From contig LSNS01000004.1 in the NCBI GenBank assembly GCA_003056205.1, positions 124,630 through 188,629 of the forward strand: 64,000 bases of DNA, given 5' to 3'. This DNA comes from Parcubacteria group bacterium M6-OD1-4 (GTDB lineage: Bacteria > Patescibacteriota > Patescibacteriia > Patescibacteriales > UBA12465). The position numbers were made by a program, and so were the translations under genes. The notes beneath the pieces were generated by a model. It was not told the origin of the DNA. It ran no database searches and worked only from the letters and a program-made list of their open reading frames with translations. This document shows, one piece after another, positions 28,591-38,842 of this stretch (position 1 is its first letter; each line of letters starts with the position of its first letter).

Positions 28591-28591
28591 G

Positions 28592-29188
28592 ATGAAATAT
28601 CCACAAGTTTTACAAAATTTAATAGATAAACTAGCTAATTTCCCTAGTGTTGGTCCAAAAACTGCTGAACGCTATGCTTTTCATCTCTTACAACAAAGTC
28701 CCGAAAAATCTCAAGATTTAGCACAAGCCATTAATGACTTAGCTAAAAAAATAATTGTCTGCCAAAGTTGCTTAGCAATTGCGGAAAGTAATCCCTGTTC
28801 AATTTGTCGTGATCAGAATCGTCGACAAGATATTTTGTGTGTAGTTGAGAATCTTCAAGACTTAATTGCCATTGAAAGCACGAAACAATATCCAGGGCGT
28901 TACTTCATCCTTGGGGGATTAATTAACACTATTACCGAGATCCAACCCCGAGATTTAAATGTTAACAAATTAATAAAGAAAATTAACAAAGAAAAAATTA
29001 AAGAAATTATTCTCGCTTTAAATTTTACTCTCGAAGGAGAAACAACTGCTTTATATTTAAATAAACTTCTCAAGGGTCATTTAAAAGTTACGCGCCTTGC
29101 TAAAGGTCTGCCCGCTGGATCTAATTTAGAATATGCTGATGAATTAACTCTCAGTAGCGCCTTACAACACCGCAATGAAATTAAATAG
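28592..29188 (+). CDS. recR: recombination mediator RecR
   Basis: VGPKTAER HhH, C4 zinc finger, EGETTALY, GLPAG.LEYAD. Confidence 0.96.
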   Translation: MKYPQVLQNLIDKLANFPSVGPKTAERYAFHLLQQSPEKSQDLAQAINDLAKKIIVCQSCLAIAESNPCSICRDQNRRQDILCVVENLQDLIAIESTKQYPGRYFILGGLINTITEIQPRDLNVNKLIKKINKEKIKEIILALNFTLEGETTALYLNKLLKGHLKVTRLAKGLPAGSNLEYADELTLSSALQHRNEIK

Positions 29189-29212
29189 AGAATAATTTTA
29201 AGAGAATAAATG

Positions 29213-29252
29213 AAATAAAAAAAACCATTTTTAAAAAATGGATTTTTTATTT
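29213..29252. terminator. bidirectional terminator recR/rplU
   Basis: A-tract-CCATTTT..AAAATGG-T-tract between convergent genes. Confidence 0.55.
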
Positions 29253-29271
29253 GAAAATTCTTAATAAAAAT

Positions 29272-29580
29272 TTAAGCAATACTAGAAATCTTAATCGCAG
29301 TAAATTGCTGACGATGTCCAATAGTTCGTTTGTACCGTATTTTACTCTTATACTTAACAACAGTTACTTTTTTAGCTTTAGCAGTTTCTAAAACCTCTGC
29401 TTCCACCTTCTCTCCTAAAGAAGGATGGCCAATTTCTAATTTCTCGCCATTAGCAATTAATAAGGTATCAAGTTTAACAGTTGAACCATTTTTAGCTTCT
29501 AATTTCTCAATTTTGATGGTTTCCCCAACTTGCACCTTATATTGTTTACCACCAGTTTTAATAACAGCAATTTTTGACAT
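29272..29580 (-). CDS. rplU: 50S ribosomal protein L21
   Basis: AVIKTGGKQYKV, GHRQ. Confidence 0.97.
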   Translation of the reverse strand: MSKIAVIKTGGKQYKVQVGETIKIEKLEAKNGSTVKLDTLLIANGEKLEIGHPSLGEKVEAEVLETAKAKKVTVVKYKSKIRYKRTIGHRQQFTAIKISSIA

Positions 29581-29629
29581 ATAATAATATTATTAATAAA
29601 AAATCAGCATCAAATCTGAATTCGTTTTA

Positions 29630-29672
29630 ATCATAACAAATATTTGAAAAATGTCAACAAATAAGCTATAGT
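29630..29672. promoter_or_regulatory. overlapping divergent promoters rplU / murA
   Basis: Minus: TTGACA(29657-52)-16bp-TATGAT with TG. Plus: TTGAAA(29644)-17bp-TATAGT. Confidence 0.55.
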
Positions 29673-29708
29673 AAATAAAGAAATTAATATTTAGCTAATT
29701 TTATAATT

Positions 29709-30971
29709 ATGGCCAAATTTATTATTACTGGCGGGCAAAAACTGAGCGGAGAAATTATCGTCAGTGGCGCCAAGAACGCTGCTCTTAAAATAATACCAGC
29801 GGCTATTCTTTCTCCAGGGACAATGACAATTAATAATATCCCGAAGATTGAAGACATTGAGAAATCATTTCAATTATTAACTACTCTCGGAGCAAAAGTA
29901 ATCCGTCATGGTTCTCAAGCGATAGTGAATACTAAAAATATCAATAAAACAGAGTTATTAGCTAAACTAGCTGATAAATTTCGAACCTCAATCATGTTTG
30001 TTGGACCACTTTTGGTACGTTTTGGAGAAGCTAAATTTCCACATCCTGGAGGTTGCGTAATTGGCGCTGGAAGTCGTCCAATTGACCTTTTTTTGGAAGG
30101 ATTTAAACTCTTTGGAGCAACAGTTCAAGAAAAAAATGGTAAATATTATCATATTAAAGCCAAAAAATTACGAGGAGCAAATTACTTTTTTTCAACTATT
30201 AGCGTCACGGGTACTGAAAGCCTAATGATGACCGCCTGCTTAATACTCGGGAAAACTGTCCTACGGAATTGTGCCATGGAACCAGAAATCCAGGCTTTAG
30301 CAGATTATTTAAACCAGCAGGGAGCAAAAATAACTGGTGCGGGCACACCCACGATAACTATTCAAGGAGTTAAAAAATTACGAGCGGGAATTTTCAACAT
30401 TATCCCCGATCGAATTGAAACTGGCTCTTTTGCTATTATGGCTGCTGCTGCTCAAGCGAGAGTAAAAATAAAAAAATGTAATCCAGATCATATTTCTAGC
30501 TTGCTAACAGTTTTTGATAAAATTGGTGTTCACTATGAAAAAGGCCGCAATTGGTTATTAATGAAACCCTCTCCGAATATTAGAAGCTATGATATTAAAA
30601 CTCATGAATATCCCGGCTTTCCTACTGATTTACAATCTCCCTATGTGGTTTTGATGACTCAGGCTCACGGTAACTCTTTAATTCAAGAGACTATCTATAA
30701 TCGACGCTTACTATGGGTTGATATGTTTTCCCAAATGGGTGCTGACATTGTGATGTGTGATCCTCATCGCGTAGTTGTTAGTGGTCCTACTAAATTATTT
30801 TCTAAACATCTTATTAGCCCCGATATTCGAGCTGGCCTCGCCTTAGTAATTGCGGCTTTAATTGCTAAAGGAACAACAACTATCGACAATATTTATCAAA
30901 TTGATCGTGGTTATGCTGAACTAGATAAGAGACTCAAAAAATTGGGAGCTAATATTAAACGCCTGAACTAA
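29709..30971 (+). CDS. murA: UDP-N-acetylglucosamine 1-carboxyvinyltransferase
   Basis: GAKNAAL, PGGCVIG..RP, PDRIETG, YPGFPTDLQ, IDRGY. Confidence 0.96.
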   Translation: MAKFIITGGQKLSGEIIVSGAKNAALKIIPAAILSPGTMTINNIPKIEDIEKSFQLLTTLGAKVIRHGSQAIVNTKNINKTELLAKLADKFRTSIMFVGPLLVRFGEAKFPHPGGCVIGAGSRPIDLFLEGFKLFGATVQEKNGKYYHIKAKKLRGANYFFSTISVTGTESLMMTACLILGKTVLRNCAMEPEIQALADYLNQQGAKITGAGTPTITIQGVKKLRAGIFNIIPDRIETGSFAIMAAAAQARVKIKKCNPDHISSLLTVFDKIGVHYEKGRNWLLMKPSPNIRSYDIKTHEYPGFPTDLQSPYVVLMTQAHGNSLIQETIYNRRLLWVDMFSQMGADIVMCDPHRVVVSGPTKLFSKHLISPDIRAGLALVIAALIAKGTTTIDNIYQIDRGYAELDKRLKKLGANIKRLN

Positions 30972-30980
30972 CCAATAAAT

Positions 30981-32312
30981 ATGTCTAAAAAATTTCGTGA
31001 TTGGCTTTTTATTTTTTTTATTGCCTTCTTCATCGTTGGAACTTTATTAATTTCCTTATACGCTTCGGGTTTTCAAATTAATCTTTCTTGGCCTTTAAAT
31101 TTTAACCGCTTATTAATAAAGACAGGAATGTTGGTTATCAAAACTAAACCCGAAGGAGCAACTATTTATTTAAATCAGAAAGCTCAGGCCAATTTTTCTA
31201 TCAATCCTTGGAAAAAAATTAACTTAACAACTGATGCCCGACTCAAAAACATTTTGCCAGGAACTTATAATTTAAATTTGGAATTAAAGGGCTATTTACC
31301 ACTTACTAAAAGGATAACAGTCTCTTCTGGACAAACTACTTTCTTGGAAAATATTAATCTTTTTAAATCAGATTTGCCACAATTGCTCGTCCGTAGCCCA
31401 GAGACTAAACTGCAATTAAGCAATAATCACCAATATCTATATTTAGCCACTCCCGCCGAAATACTCAATCCTCAGTCTTCAAAAATAACTAAATTGAAGT
31501 TAATTATTACTTCAAGGCCTGGACAATGGTTAAATAATAACAATCAATTATTTATTAATGGACAACTATTCAGTCTCAAGCAACAAAGCAGTATTAATTA
31601 CCAACAAATATTAGGATCAGCAGCGAGTAATTTATATTATGATGAAAGCACCAACCGTCTTTACTACCAAAATGGTCATTCTCTTAACTATTTTGATATC
31701 AGACAAAGAAAAAGTTTTCAAATCATCAGTGGAGAAGATTATTTAAACTATCAAGTTCAGAATGATAGATTATTTGTAGTCGCTCTTAAAAATCAGAAAA
31801 CAGTTTTACAATTATATTCTTTAGCTGATAATAAGCTTAAACAAGAAATCAATCTACCGAGCGATGGCCATTATCTTTTTGTTGCCAATCAACATAATCG
31901 TCTCAGTCTTTATGATACTAAAAATGAAACTCTCTATCTGATAAATCCTCAAATTCTCCATGATCAAAAAATTATTTACAAGATTCTTAGTTGGCAATGG
32001 ATTAACGACCAAACTCTATTTTATAATAACGATTGGGAAATATATAAACTCAACTTGCAAAAAAATCAAAGTATGCTTTTAACTCGCGTTGGTGAGAAAA
32101 TAGTAAAAATAATTTGGAATAAAAATAATAAATATTTAGTTTTTTCCACCACGAATAGTTTAAACACTTATGATCCAAAAATTAATTTAATCACTAAACT
32201 CTTCACGGGAAATGCTATTTCATCGCCAGTTCTGGATAATAATAACAATACTCTTTATTTTTGGGCTAAAATTGGGCGACAAAGCGGTATTTATAGTATT
32301 GTTCTCCAATAA
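30981..32312 (+). CDS. membrane-anchored PEGA-domain protein with propeller-like C-terminus
   Basis: N-terminal TM + YASG; TGMLVIKTKPEGATIYLN...PGTYNLNLELKGY PEGA signature. Confidence 0.8.
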   Translation: MSKKFRDWLFIFFIAFFIVGTLLISLYASGFQINLSWPLNFNRLLIKTGMLVIKTKPEGATIYLNQKAQANFSINPWKKINLTTDARLKNILPGTYNLNLELKGYLPLTKRITVSSGQTTFLENINLFKSDLPQLLVRSPETKLQLSNNHQYLYLATPAEILNPQSSKITKLKLIITSRPGQWLNNNNQLFINGQLFSLKQQSSINYQQILGSAASNLYYDESTNRLYYQNGHSLNYFDIRQRKSFQIISGEDYLNYQVQNDRLFVVALKNQKTVLQLYSLADNKLKQEINLPSDGHYLFVANQHNRLSLYDTKNETLYLINPQILHDQKIIYKILSWQWINDQTLFYNNDWEIYKLNLQKNQSMLLTRVGEKIVKIIWNKNNKYLVFSTTNSLNTYDPKINLITKLFTGNAISSPVLDNNNNTLYFWAKIGRQSGIYSIVLQ

Positions 32313-32332
32313 TAAATAATAATTATGAATAA

Positions 32333-32362
32333 AAAAAACTGACTCTTCAAGGTCAGTTTTTT
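32333..32362. terminator. bidirectional terminator
   Basis: AAAAAACTGAC..GTCAGTTTTTT between convergent genes. Confidence 0.8.
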
Positions 32363-32401
32363 GATTACTTTAGAAGACCACGGGACTTATTTTTTAATTA
32401 A

Positions 32402-33283
32402 TTATTTAAATTCTCGATTGGTATCTTTAATAAATTGTTTCAACTTCGCACCAATCTCTTGGTCTTTAAGTCCTAATTTAATTGTTGCTTTAATGAAATT
32501 AAATTTATTTCCAGTATCCAACCACTCCCCAGCTAATTTTTTACCATAGATAACTCGTCCTTCTTGCAATAAGGCTTCATAAGCATCGGCTAAACGAATT
32601 TCTCCAGATTTACCACAATCGATAGTTTTTAAGACTCTCAAGATATCAGGAGTAATGATATTAATACCCACTTGAACCAAATTAGAAGGTGCATCCTTAA
32701 TCTTTGGTTTTTCAACAAATTTTTTAATTTCATAAACATCATCACCGAGAGGGATACCATCAATTACCCCAAATTGACTAAGCTCTTCTGGCTGGACTTC
32801 TGATAAACCAATAACAGAATCACCATATTTCTCATAAACATCCATCACTTGTTTCACTGGTGATATCTGGGAATCATAGAGAGTGTCGCCAAACATAACT
32901 AAGATAGCTTCATCCTGACCAATTAAATGTGCTGCACAATTAATCGCATCACCATCACCTTTCGGTAGGGGCTGGCGGACATAAGAAAACTTAGCTAGTC
33001 TTTCAATGGCTTGTACCTTAGCAACCAAATCAAGCTTATTTTTCTCTACTAAAGTTTTTTCTAATTCAAAAGAATAATCGAAATGATCTTCAATTGCTCT
33101 CTTCCCACGGCCAGTAACAAAGATAATTTCTTCAATACCCGCCGCTACTGCTTGCTCAACTAAATACTGAATAACCGGTTTATCAACAACTGGTAACATT
33201 TCTTTCGGTTGAGCTTTAGTCGCTGGTAGAAAACGAGTTCCAAAACCAGCCACCGGAAAAATTGCTTTTTTAATTTTAGACAT
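32402..33283 (-). CDS. galU: UTP--glucose-1-phosphate uridylyltransferase
   Basis: KAIFPVAGFGTRFLPATKAQPKEMLP, VEKP. Confidence 0.95.
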   Translation of the reverse strand: MSKIKKAIFPVAGFGTRFLPATKAQPKEMLPVVDKPVIQYLVEQAVAAGIEEIIFVTGRGKRAIEDHFDYSFELEKTLVEKNKLDLVAKVQAIERLAKFSYVRQPLPKGDGDAINCAAHLIGQDEAILVMFGDTLYDSQISPVKQVMDVYEKYGDSVIGLSEVQPEELSQFGVIDGIPLGDDVYEIKKFVEKPKIKDAPSNLVQVGINIITPDILRVLKTIDCGKSGEIRLADAYEALLQEGRVIYGKKLAGEWLDTGNKFNFIKATIKLGLKDQEIGAKLKQFIKDTNREFK

Positions 33284-33284
33284 A

Positions 33285-34091
33285 TTATTTAGATTTTAAG
33301 CCCCATTTTATAAAATATTTAAACCAAGAACTAATATGATGCCAAGCTAGAACATCTAACAAAATAGCGAGATACCAAGGATAACGAGCACTCTGACGCT
33401 GATGATCATGGATAATTACTGCTTGAGGATTATAAATCACTTTCTGACCTTTAGTCCAGATTTGACGAGCAAAATCAATATCTTCAAAATACATAAAATA
33501 ACGCTGATCAAAATGGGGTTGGAAAATTTCTCCCGATTTCAGAGTAATTTTTTTTCTAAACATTAAACAAGAGCCCATTAGCCAATCTACTTCTTGAAGT
33601 AGCTGATGGTCAACATCTTGCATCATAAAATAATCTCGCTGACTTTTAAAATAATCGCCTAAAAAGGTCCGACGTAAAATTGGCATCCAGAAACTCGGAA
33701 AATGTAAACAAGAAAGTTGTAAAGAACCGTCAGGAGCTAATAATTTTGGACCCACTAAAGCTACCTGAGGATGTTCTATTAAATAATTAAATAAAATTTC
33801 AATTGCCCCGGTGGTAATTAAAGTATCGGGATTAAGAATTAAAATAAATTTTCCCTGAGCTTGATCTATCCCTAGATTATTACCGCCACCCATCCCTAAA
33901 TTACGAGAACTAACAATTAACTGTAAATTAGAATGTAAACTTGGGAGAACTGCTAAGTCATCCCCCGAATGATTGTCAACGACAATTAATTCCCAATTTA
34001 AACCAGTTGCTGGGTGTTGATAGAGAGAATCTAAACAACGCCGGAGTTTATCCTGGCTTTTATAATTAACAATAATAATTGAGAGATCCAT
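33285..34091 (-). CDS. GT2 glycosyltransferase (WbbL-like)
   Basis: SIIIVNY, VDNHS, LNPD, FMYFEDID. Confidence 0.9.
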   Translation of the reverse strand: MDLSIIIVNYKSQDKLRRCLDSLYQHPATGLNWELIVVDNHSGDDLAVLPSLHSNLQLIVSSRNLGMGGGNNLGIDQAQGKFILILNPDTLITTGAIEILFNYLIEHPQVALVGPKLLAPDGSLQLSCLHFPSFWMPILRRTFLGDYFKSQRDYFMMQDVDHQLLQEVDWLMGSCLMFRKKITLKSGEIFQPHFDQRYFMYFEDIDFARQIWTKGQKVIYNPQAVIIHDHQRQSARYPWYLAILLDVLAWHHISSWFKYFIKWGLKSK

Positions 34092-34101
34092 ATCAAATAT
34101 C

Positions 34102-35169
34102 TTAAAATAACTTTTTAATTAACGACCAATAGGCAGAAAAAACAGGGTTTACCACATTATTCAAGAGTGGATTAGCAATTTCTTGAAATTCAATTCGTCC
34201 TGAAAAATGCTGAGCTAAAGCCGAAAAAGGAACAATTTTAAACTTCTTTATCCGACGCCGTTCTTGAATAATTTTAACATAATTTCGATAACTACAAAAA
34301 TAACGATAAACTTTTTTCTTGGTATTAAACCACCCTTTCAGAATGGAAAAAAACAGTAAACCACCGTCCATAATAATTAATGGTAAAACAATTAAAAATA
34401 ATAAATATCCTGGATAAAAAGTGAAAATTAATAAATAACGATTTCGTTCTAAATAATAAAGCATTTGGACACTGCGAGAAAATTCGTATTTATGAAAAAC
34501 CCGTGAACGTGGAGCAAGAATAATTTGTTGACCAGCTAAGCGAGTTTTTAAGCTTAATTCCAAATCATCGTGATACATATAGAATTCTTCATTATAAGCA
34601 CCAATCTTCTCAAAAGTTTCACGACGAATTATAAATGAACAACCGCTAGCATAACCTTGAATTTCAGGATAATCTTTAATTTCGCGGTCGGCCTCACCAT
34701 AAGCCGAGGTAAAACCAAAACCTAAAAAATTAATAATATTTCCTAAACTGTTAATTTTCATTTCTGAAGAATGTTGATTTGTAGCTGGGGCTAATAAAAT
34801 TTTAGACTGGGCAATTCCTGCTTGAGGGTTTTGATCTAAGGCTAAAACTAATTCCTGAAGCCAATTAGCATCTAGTTCGGTATCCATATTCAAGGTTACT
34901 AAATATTGACAAGCATCCTGAATAGCCTGTTTAAATCCTAAATTATTAGCAGCAGCATAATTTCCATCCGAACGAGGTAAAATTAAAGCTTCGGGAAAAT
35001 TATCTTGTAAATATTTAAGAGATTCTGGACAAGAAGCATTATCCACAATATAAATTGAAATTTGGTCCGCAGGATAGTTTTGTCGGCGTAAAGAATCTCG
35101 ACAAGCTAATAAAAAGCGAGTAGCATAATCCTGATAATTTACTAAAACTATAGCAACCTTTTTATTCAT
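34102..35169 (-). CDS. GT2 glycosyltransferase
   Basis: IVLVNY, VDNAS, LNMD, FYMYHDD. Confidence 0.9.
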   Translation of the reverse strand: MNKKVAIVLVNYQDYATRFLLACRDSLRRQNYPADQISIYIVDNASCPESLKYLQDNFPEALILPRSDGNYAAANNLGFKQAIQDACQYLVTLNMDTELDANWLQELVLALDQNPQAGIAQSKILLAPATNQHSSEMKINSLGNIINFLGFGFTSAYGEADREIKDYPEIQGYASGCSFIIRRETFEKIGAYNEEFYMYHDDLELSLKTRLAGQQIILAPRSRVFHKYEFSRSVQMLYYLERNRYLLIFTFYPGYLLFLIVLPLIIMDGGLLFFSILKGWFNTKKKVYRYFCSYRNYVKIIQERRRIKKFKIVPFSALAQHFSGRIEFQEIANPLLNNVVNPVFSAYWSLIKKLF

Positions 35170-35187
35170 AAAATCTACAAACTAAAA

Positions 35188-36036
35188 TTAAATAAAAAGT
35201 TTCAATAAACCCCAAACTACTTTTAAAATTAAGTATTGCCAATATTTCTCCCATTTCCGAAAATACTTTAACATTGAATCACTAAAATATTTTTGTCCTT
35301 GAGACCGGGAAAGCTGACGAAAACTAGCTCCAAGATAATCCACACAACTAGCCACAGGAGTATACCAAACTTCTCCGCCCAATTTATAAACTTCACGACA
35401 AAAATCTACCTCTTCAAACCAAACAAAATAACGTTCATCCAATAGAGGGCGAGAAGCACCGCTGAGATGTTGATAATTCTCACGATTAATTAAAAAAAAT
35501 GCTCCCCGAATTGAATCTACGCGACTAGCCTGCTCATAGTTAAAATCTACTTGTAAATATCTATTAAGCACCCCAGGAATTAAATGAGGTATTTTTAAAG
35601 TAATTAATAACTGATCACAAAAACGAGGGAAACGCCGAACTTGTTTGATAGTTCGTTGTTGCTTATCTAACAAGCGACAAGCGCTAACTGTTGCTTGGGG
35701 GTGTTGTTTTACCCAATGCAAAACCTTGTTCAAGGTCTCGGATTCAAGCTGCATATCGGGATTAAGCAATAGGATAAAACGACCCATCGCTAATTTTAAA
35801 GCTTGATTATTTGCCCGGGCAAAGCCCTGATTATGAGAATTGACGATTAATTTAACAGTTGGAAATTCAGAACGAAGCATCGCTACGCTATCATCAGCGG
35901 AATGATTATCAACAACATAAACCTCAAAACGAAAATTAACTTTTGATTTAAATAAAGCGCTTAAATTAGCGCGTAATTTATCTTGGACATTCCAAGAAAC
36001 AATAATAATAGAAAGTTCTATGTTTACATGGTCCAT
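35188..36036 (-). CDS. GT2 glycosyltransferase (WbbL-like)
   Basis: SIIIVSWN, VDNHSAD, GFARANN, LLNPD, FVWFEEVD. Confidence 0.9.
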   Translation of the reverse strand: MDHVNIELSIIIVSWNVQDKLRANLSALFKSKVNFRFEVYVVDNHSADDSVAMLRSEFPTVKLIVNSHNQGFARANNQALKLAMGRFILLLNPDMQLESETLNKVLHWVKQHPQATVSACRLLDKQQRTIKQVRRFPRFCDQLLITLKIPHLIPGVLNRYLQVDFNYEQASRVDSIRGAFFLINRENYQHLSGASRPLLDERYFVWFEEVDFCREVYKLGGEVWYTPVASCVDYLGASFRQLSRSQGQKYFSDSMLKYFRKWEKYWQYLILKVVWGLLKLFI

Positions 36037-36043
36037 AAGTTAA

Positions 36044-36310
36044 TTATCTACTAACTTTAATTAATTTATCTTTTTCACCAAGACCACTAACAATTTTTAC
36101 TTGATATTTGCGAACCCCGAGCTCTTTAGCGAGAAACTTCAGCAATTCACGATTAGCTTGATTCTTTTCGGGAAGAGCATTCAGTGCAATCTTAACCAAA
36201 CCATCAGCCATGGGCCGCAAGAAAGCAGTCTGCGAGGCTTGAGGAGAAACACGAACTTTAAAATAAATTTCTTTATTATTAGCTAATTCTTTAATATATT
36301 TATCTAACAT
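36044..36310 (-). CDS. DUF167 (YggU-like) protein
   Basis: VRV.P.A, PEKNQAN.EL..LAK.LGV...V.IVSG...K. Confidence 0.85.
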   Translation of the reverse strand: MLDKYIKELANNKEIYFKVRVSPQASQTAFLRPMADGLVKIALNALPEKNQANRELLKFLAKELGVRKYQVKIVSGLGEKDKLIKVSR

Positions 36311-36493
36311 TTTAAAGGTTTTTAAATTATAATCAACAAGATAACAGTTATATTATAACATTTTTCCGAGAATTTTAAAAGTAGTAATAATATAAAAAAT
36401 TATTTTTGTCAACGTTTATTTTATTTAAATAATAAGTTAGAATATAGTTAGGGTAAAAACAAATAAAAATTTATAAATTCAACTCAAAATTTT

Positions 36494-36982
36494 ATGAAAC
36501 AAAGTCATCAACGCCCCTCTTGGGATGAATATTTTATTAAAATAGTAGAAATGGTTGGTAGTCGTGGTACCTGCGATCGCGGTCGGGCAGGCTGTGTCAT
36601 CGCTCGTAATAGACGAATTGTGGCCACGGGTTATGCCGGGTCCCCTGTTGGCTTAGCACATTGTGATGATGCTGGGCATGAAATGCATACAGTTCTCAAT
36701 GAAGACGGTTCCACTAGTCGCCACTGTATCCGCACTACTCATGCGGAACAAAATGCTATTTGTGAAGCCGCCCGGATGGGAATTGCCTTAGAAGGAGGCA
36801 CCCTTTATTGTAAAATGACTCCCTGTTATACTTGTGCTAAAATGATTATTAATGCTGGTATTAAAAAAGTAGTCTGTGCTCAAGATTATCATTCTGGCCA
36901 ACGCAGTAAAGAGATATTCCAAGAAGCTAAAATAGATTTTGTTTTACTTAATAAAAAAATGACTAAATATACTGATCAATAA
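36494..36982 (+). CDS. dCMP deaminase (ComEB-like)
   Basis: RPSWDEYF, TC.R, HAEQNA, PCYTCAK zinc motifs. Confidence 0.92.
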   Translation: MKQSHQRPSWDEYFIKIVEMVGSRGTCDRGRAGCVIARNRRIVATGYAGSPVGLAHCDDAGHEMHTVLNEDGSTSRHCIRTTHAEQNAICEAARMGIALEGGTLYCKMTPCYTCAKMIINAGIKKVVCAQDYHSGQRSKEIFQEAKIDFVLLNKKMTKYTDQ

Positions 36983-36992
36983 TTTAAACTAT

Positions 36993-38282
36993 ATGGCTAA
37001 TATTTTTATCTACGATGAATTTAACCCTGAAGATTCAGCGATGCTCCAAGCCCTTTATTCTCGTAGCCCCCAAAGTGTCACGAAACACGTAGAAAAGGTG
37101 AAGCAAGGCGATTCGGGAAAATTTATGGAAACTTTTTATGTCGGTTATGGCCATGCTAGCATTGCGGACTGTGGCAGTACTACTATCTTTATTGAAGGAG
37201 TTAGCATTTTAGGTGACAAAGCTATCCAAGATTGGCAACTCTATAGCGGACAAGAAACCAGCACACGTTATATTGATATGGGACAACAAAAAATTATTGA
37301 CCCCATTAATTCTCCGGAATCAAAAAAAATTCTTCAGAACTGGATGGATTTTTATATCCAACACCAAGAAGAAGTACAAAATTATTTAAAAAACAAATAT
37401 CCTCGGAAAGAAGATGAGCAAGAAATAGTTTATAATAAAGCAATTAAAGCCCGTAGTTTTGATATAATGCGCGGATTTCTCCCCGCAGGTATTACCACTC
37501 AATTAAGTTGGCATACTAATTTACGTCAAGCCTGGGATCATCTAGTATTACTCCGCCATCATCCCTTAAACGAAGTACAAGAAATTGCCAAGAAAATACT
37601 TCAACAATTACAAACGAAATATGCCCATAGTTTTACTTTTACCCCGAGTGAAGAACAGAAAAATTATCGTGAAAAAACTGTAAAAGAATATACTTATTTT
37701 ACTCCTCAAGAAACAGGAGAATTTAAAATGACGACAACAATTAAGTTGGAAGAATTAAAGAAATACCAAGAAATACTGGACCAACGACCAGCCAAAACAA
37801 ATTTACCGAATTTTTTAGGTGATTTAGGAACTAATACTTTTAATTTCATTCTAGATTACGGCTCTTTTCGAGATATTCAGCGTCACCGTAATGGGATTTA
37901 TCGAATGCCACTACTGACGACAACCTTAGGGTTTAATTCTTGGTATTTAGAACAGCTTCCAGAAGTCCTGCGTTCTCAAGCTCAAGAATTAATTACTAAA
38001 CAACAATTAGCAATTAAAAATTTAGCAACAAGTCCAGAGATAAAACAATATTATATTGCAATCGGTTTTAATGTCGCTTGTCAATTTACCTTTTCCCTGC
38101 CCGCCTCTATTTATGTCACCGAACTGCGCTCCAATCGAACAGTTCATCCTTCTCTCAGAAAAATTGCTCATCAAATGCATCAGTCTTTAAAGGATTCTTT
38201 CCCAAATTTAACATTATATTCCGATTTGAAACCTGATGATTGGGATATTCGTCGGGGTTTAGCAGATATTATCAAAAAATAA
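36993..38282 (+). CDS. thyX: flavin-dependent thymidylate synthase, tandem two-domain form
   Basis: GYGHASIAD, ETSTRY, RGFLPAG, RDIQRHR, ELRS...H; 429 aa; operon context. Confidence 0.82.
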   Translation: MANIFIYDEFNPEDSAMLQALYSRSPQSVTKHVEKVKQGDSGKFMETFYVGYGHASIADCGSTTIFIEGVSILGDKAIQDWQLYSGQETSTRYIDMGQQKIIDPINSPESKKILQNWMDFYIQHQEEVQNYLKNKYPRKEDEQEIVYNKAIKARSFDIMRGFLPAGITTQLSWHTNLRQAWDHLVLLRHHPLNEVQEIAKKILQQLQTKYAHSFTFTPSEEQKNYREKTVKEYTYFTPQETGEFKMTTTIKLEELKKYQEILDQRPAKTNLPNFLGDLGTNTFNFILDYGSFRDIQRHRNGIYRMPLLTTTLGFNSWYLEQLPEVLRSQAQELITKQQLAIKNLATSPEIKQYYIAIGFNVACQFTFSLPASIYVTELRSNRTVHPSLRKIAHQMHQSLKDSFPNLTLYSDLKPDDWDIRRGLADIIKK

Positions 38283-38286
38283 AATT

Positions 38287-38841
38287 ATGTCTAAAATTAT
38301 TATCGGTTTAACAGGACCAATTGCTAGTGGGAAAGATGTAACAAAAAAGTATTTAGAAAAAAAATATCAGGCCCAAAGTTATCGCTTCTCAACAGTCTTA
38401 CGTGATATTTTAAAACGTCTTTACTCGCCAATTAGTAGAAAGAATTTACAAGATTTATCTCTGAATCTCCGAACTCTCTTTGGCAGCAATATTTTAGCCC
38501 AAGTTATTGCTCAAGATGTTGATAATAGCCAACAAGAAATTGTCATTGTAGAAGGTATTAGGCGTTTAGCGGATATTGAGACTTTAAAAGATTTTTCTAA
38601 TTTCTATTTAATAAGCATCTCCGCCAAGCAAAAAATACGTTATGAGCGAGTGATAAAACGTAATGAAAATGTGGGCGATGCTCAAAAAACTTTTGCAGAA
38701 TTTTTGACTGATGAAAATAAAGAATCAGAATTAGAAATTCCAATAGTGATGGCCAAAGCAAAATATCAATTAGATAATAACCAAAGCTTAACAGATTTAT
38801 ATCGGGAAATAGATGAAATAATTAGAAAAATTAAAAAATGA
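38287..38841 (+). CDS. P-loop nucleoside-monophosphate-kinase-fold protein (dephospho-CoA kinase/UPF0200-like)
   Basis: IIGLTGPIASGKD, VEGIRR, RYER..KR. Confidence 0.8.
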   Translation: MSKIIIGLTGPIASGKDVTKKYLEKKYQAQSYRFSTVLRDILKRLYSPISRKNLQDLSLNLRTLFGSNILAQVIAQDVDNSQQEIVIVEGIRRLADIETLKDFSNFYLISISAKQKIRYERVIKRNENVGDAQKTFAEFLTDENKESELEIPIVMAKAKYQLDNNQSLTDLYREIDEIIRKIKK

Positions 38842-38842
38842 T

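Noticed and set aside
22181..36286. Short ORFs 22181-, 24352-, 27219-, 29330+, 32361+, 36101+
   Set aside because: Overlap better-supported genes on the opposite strand
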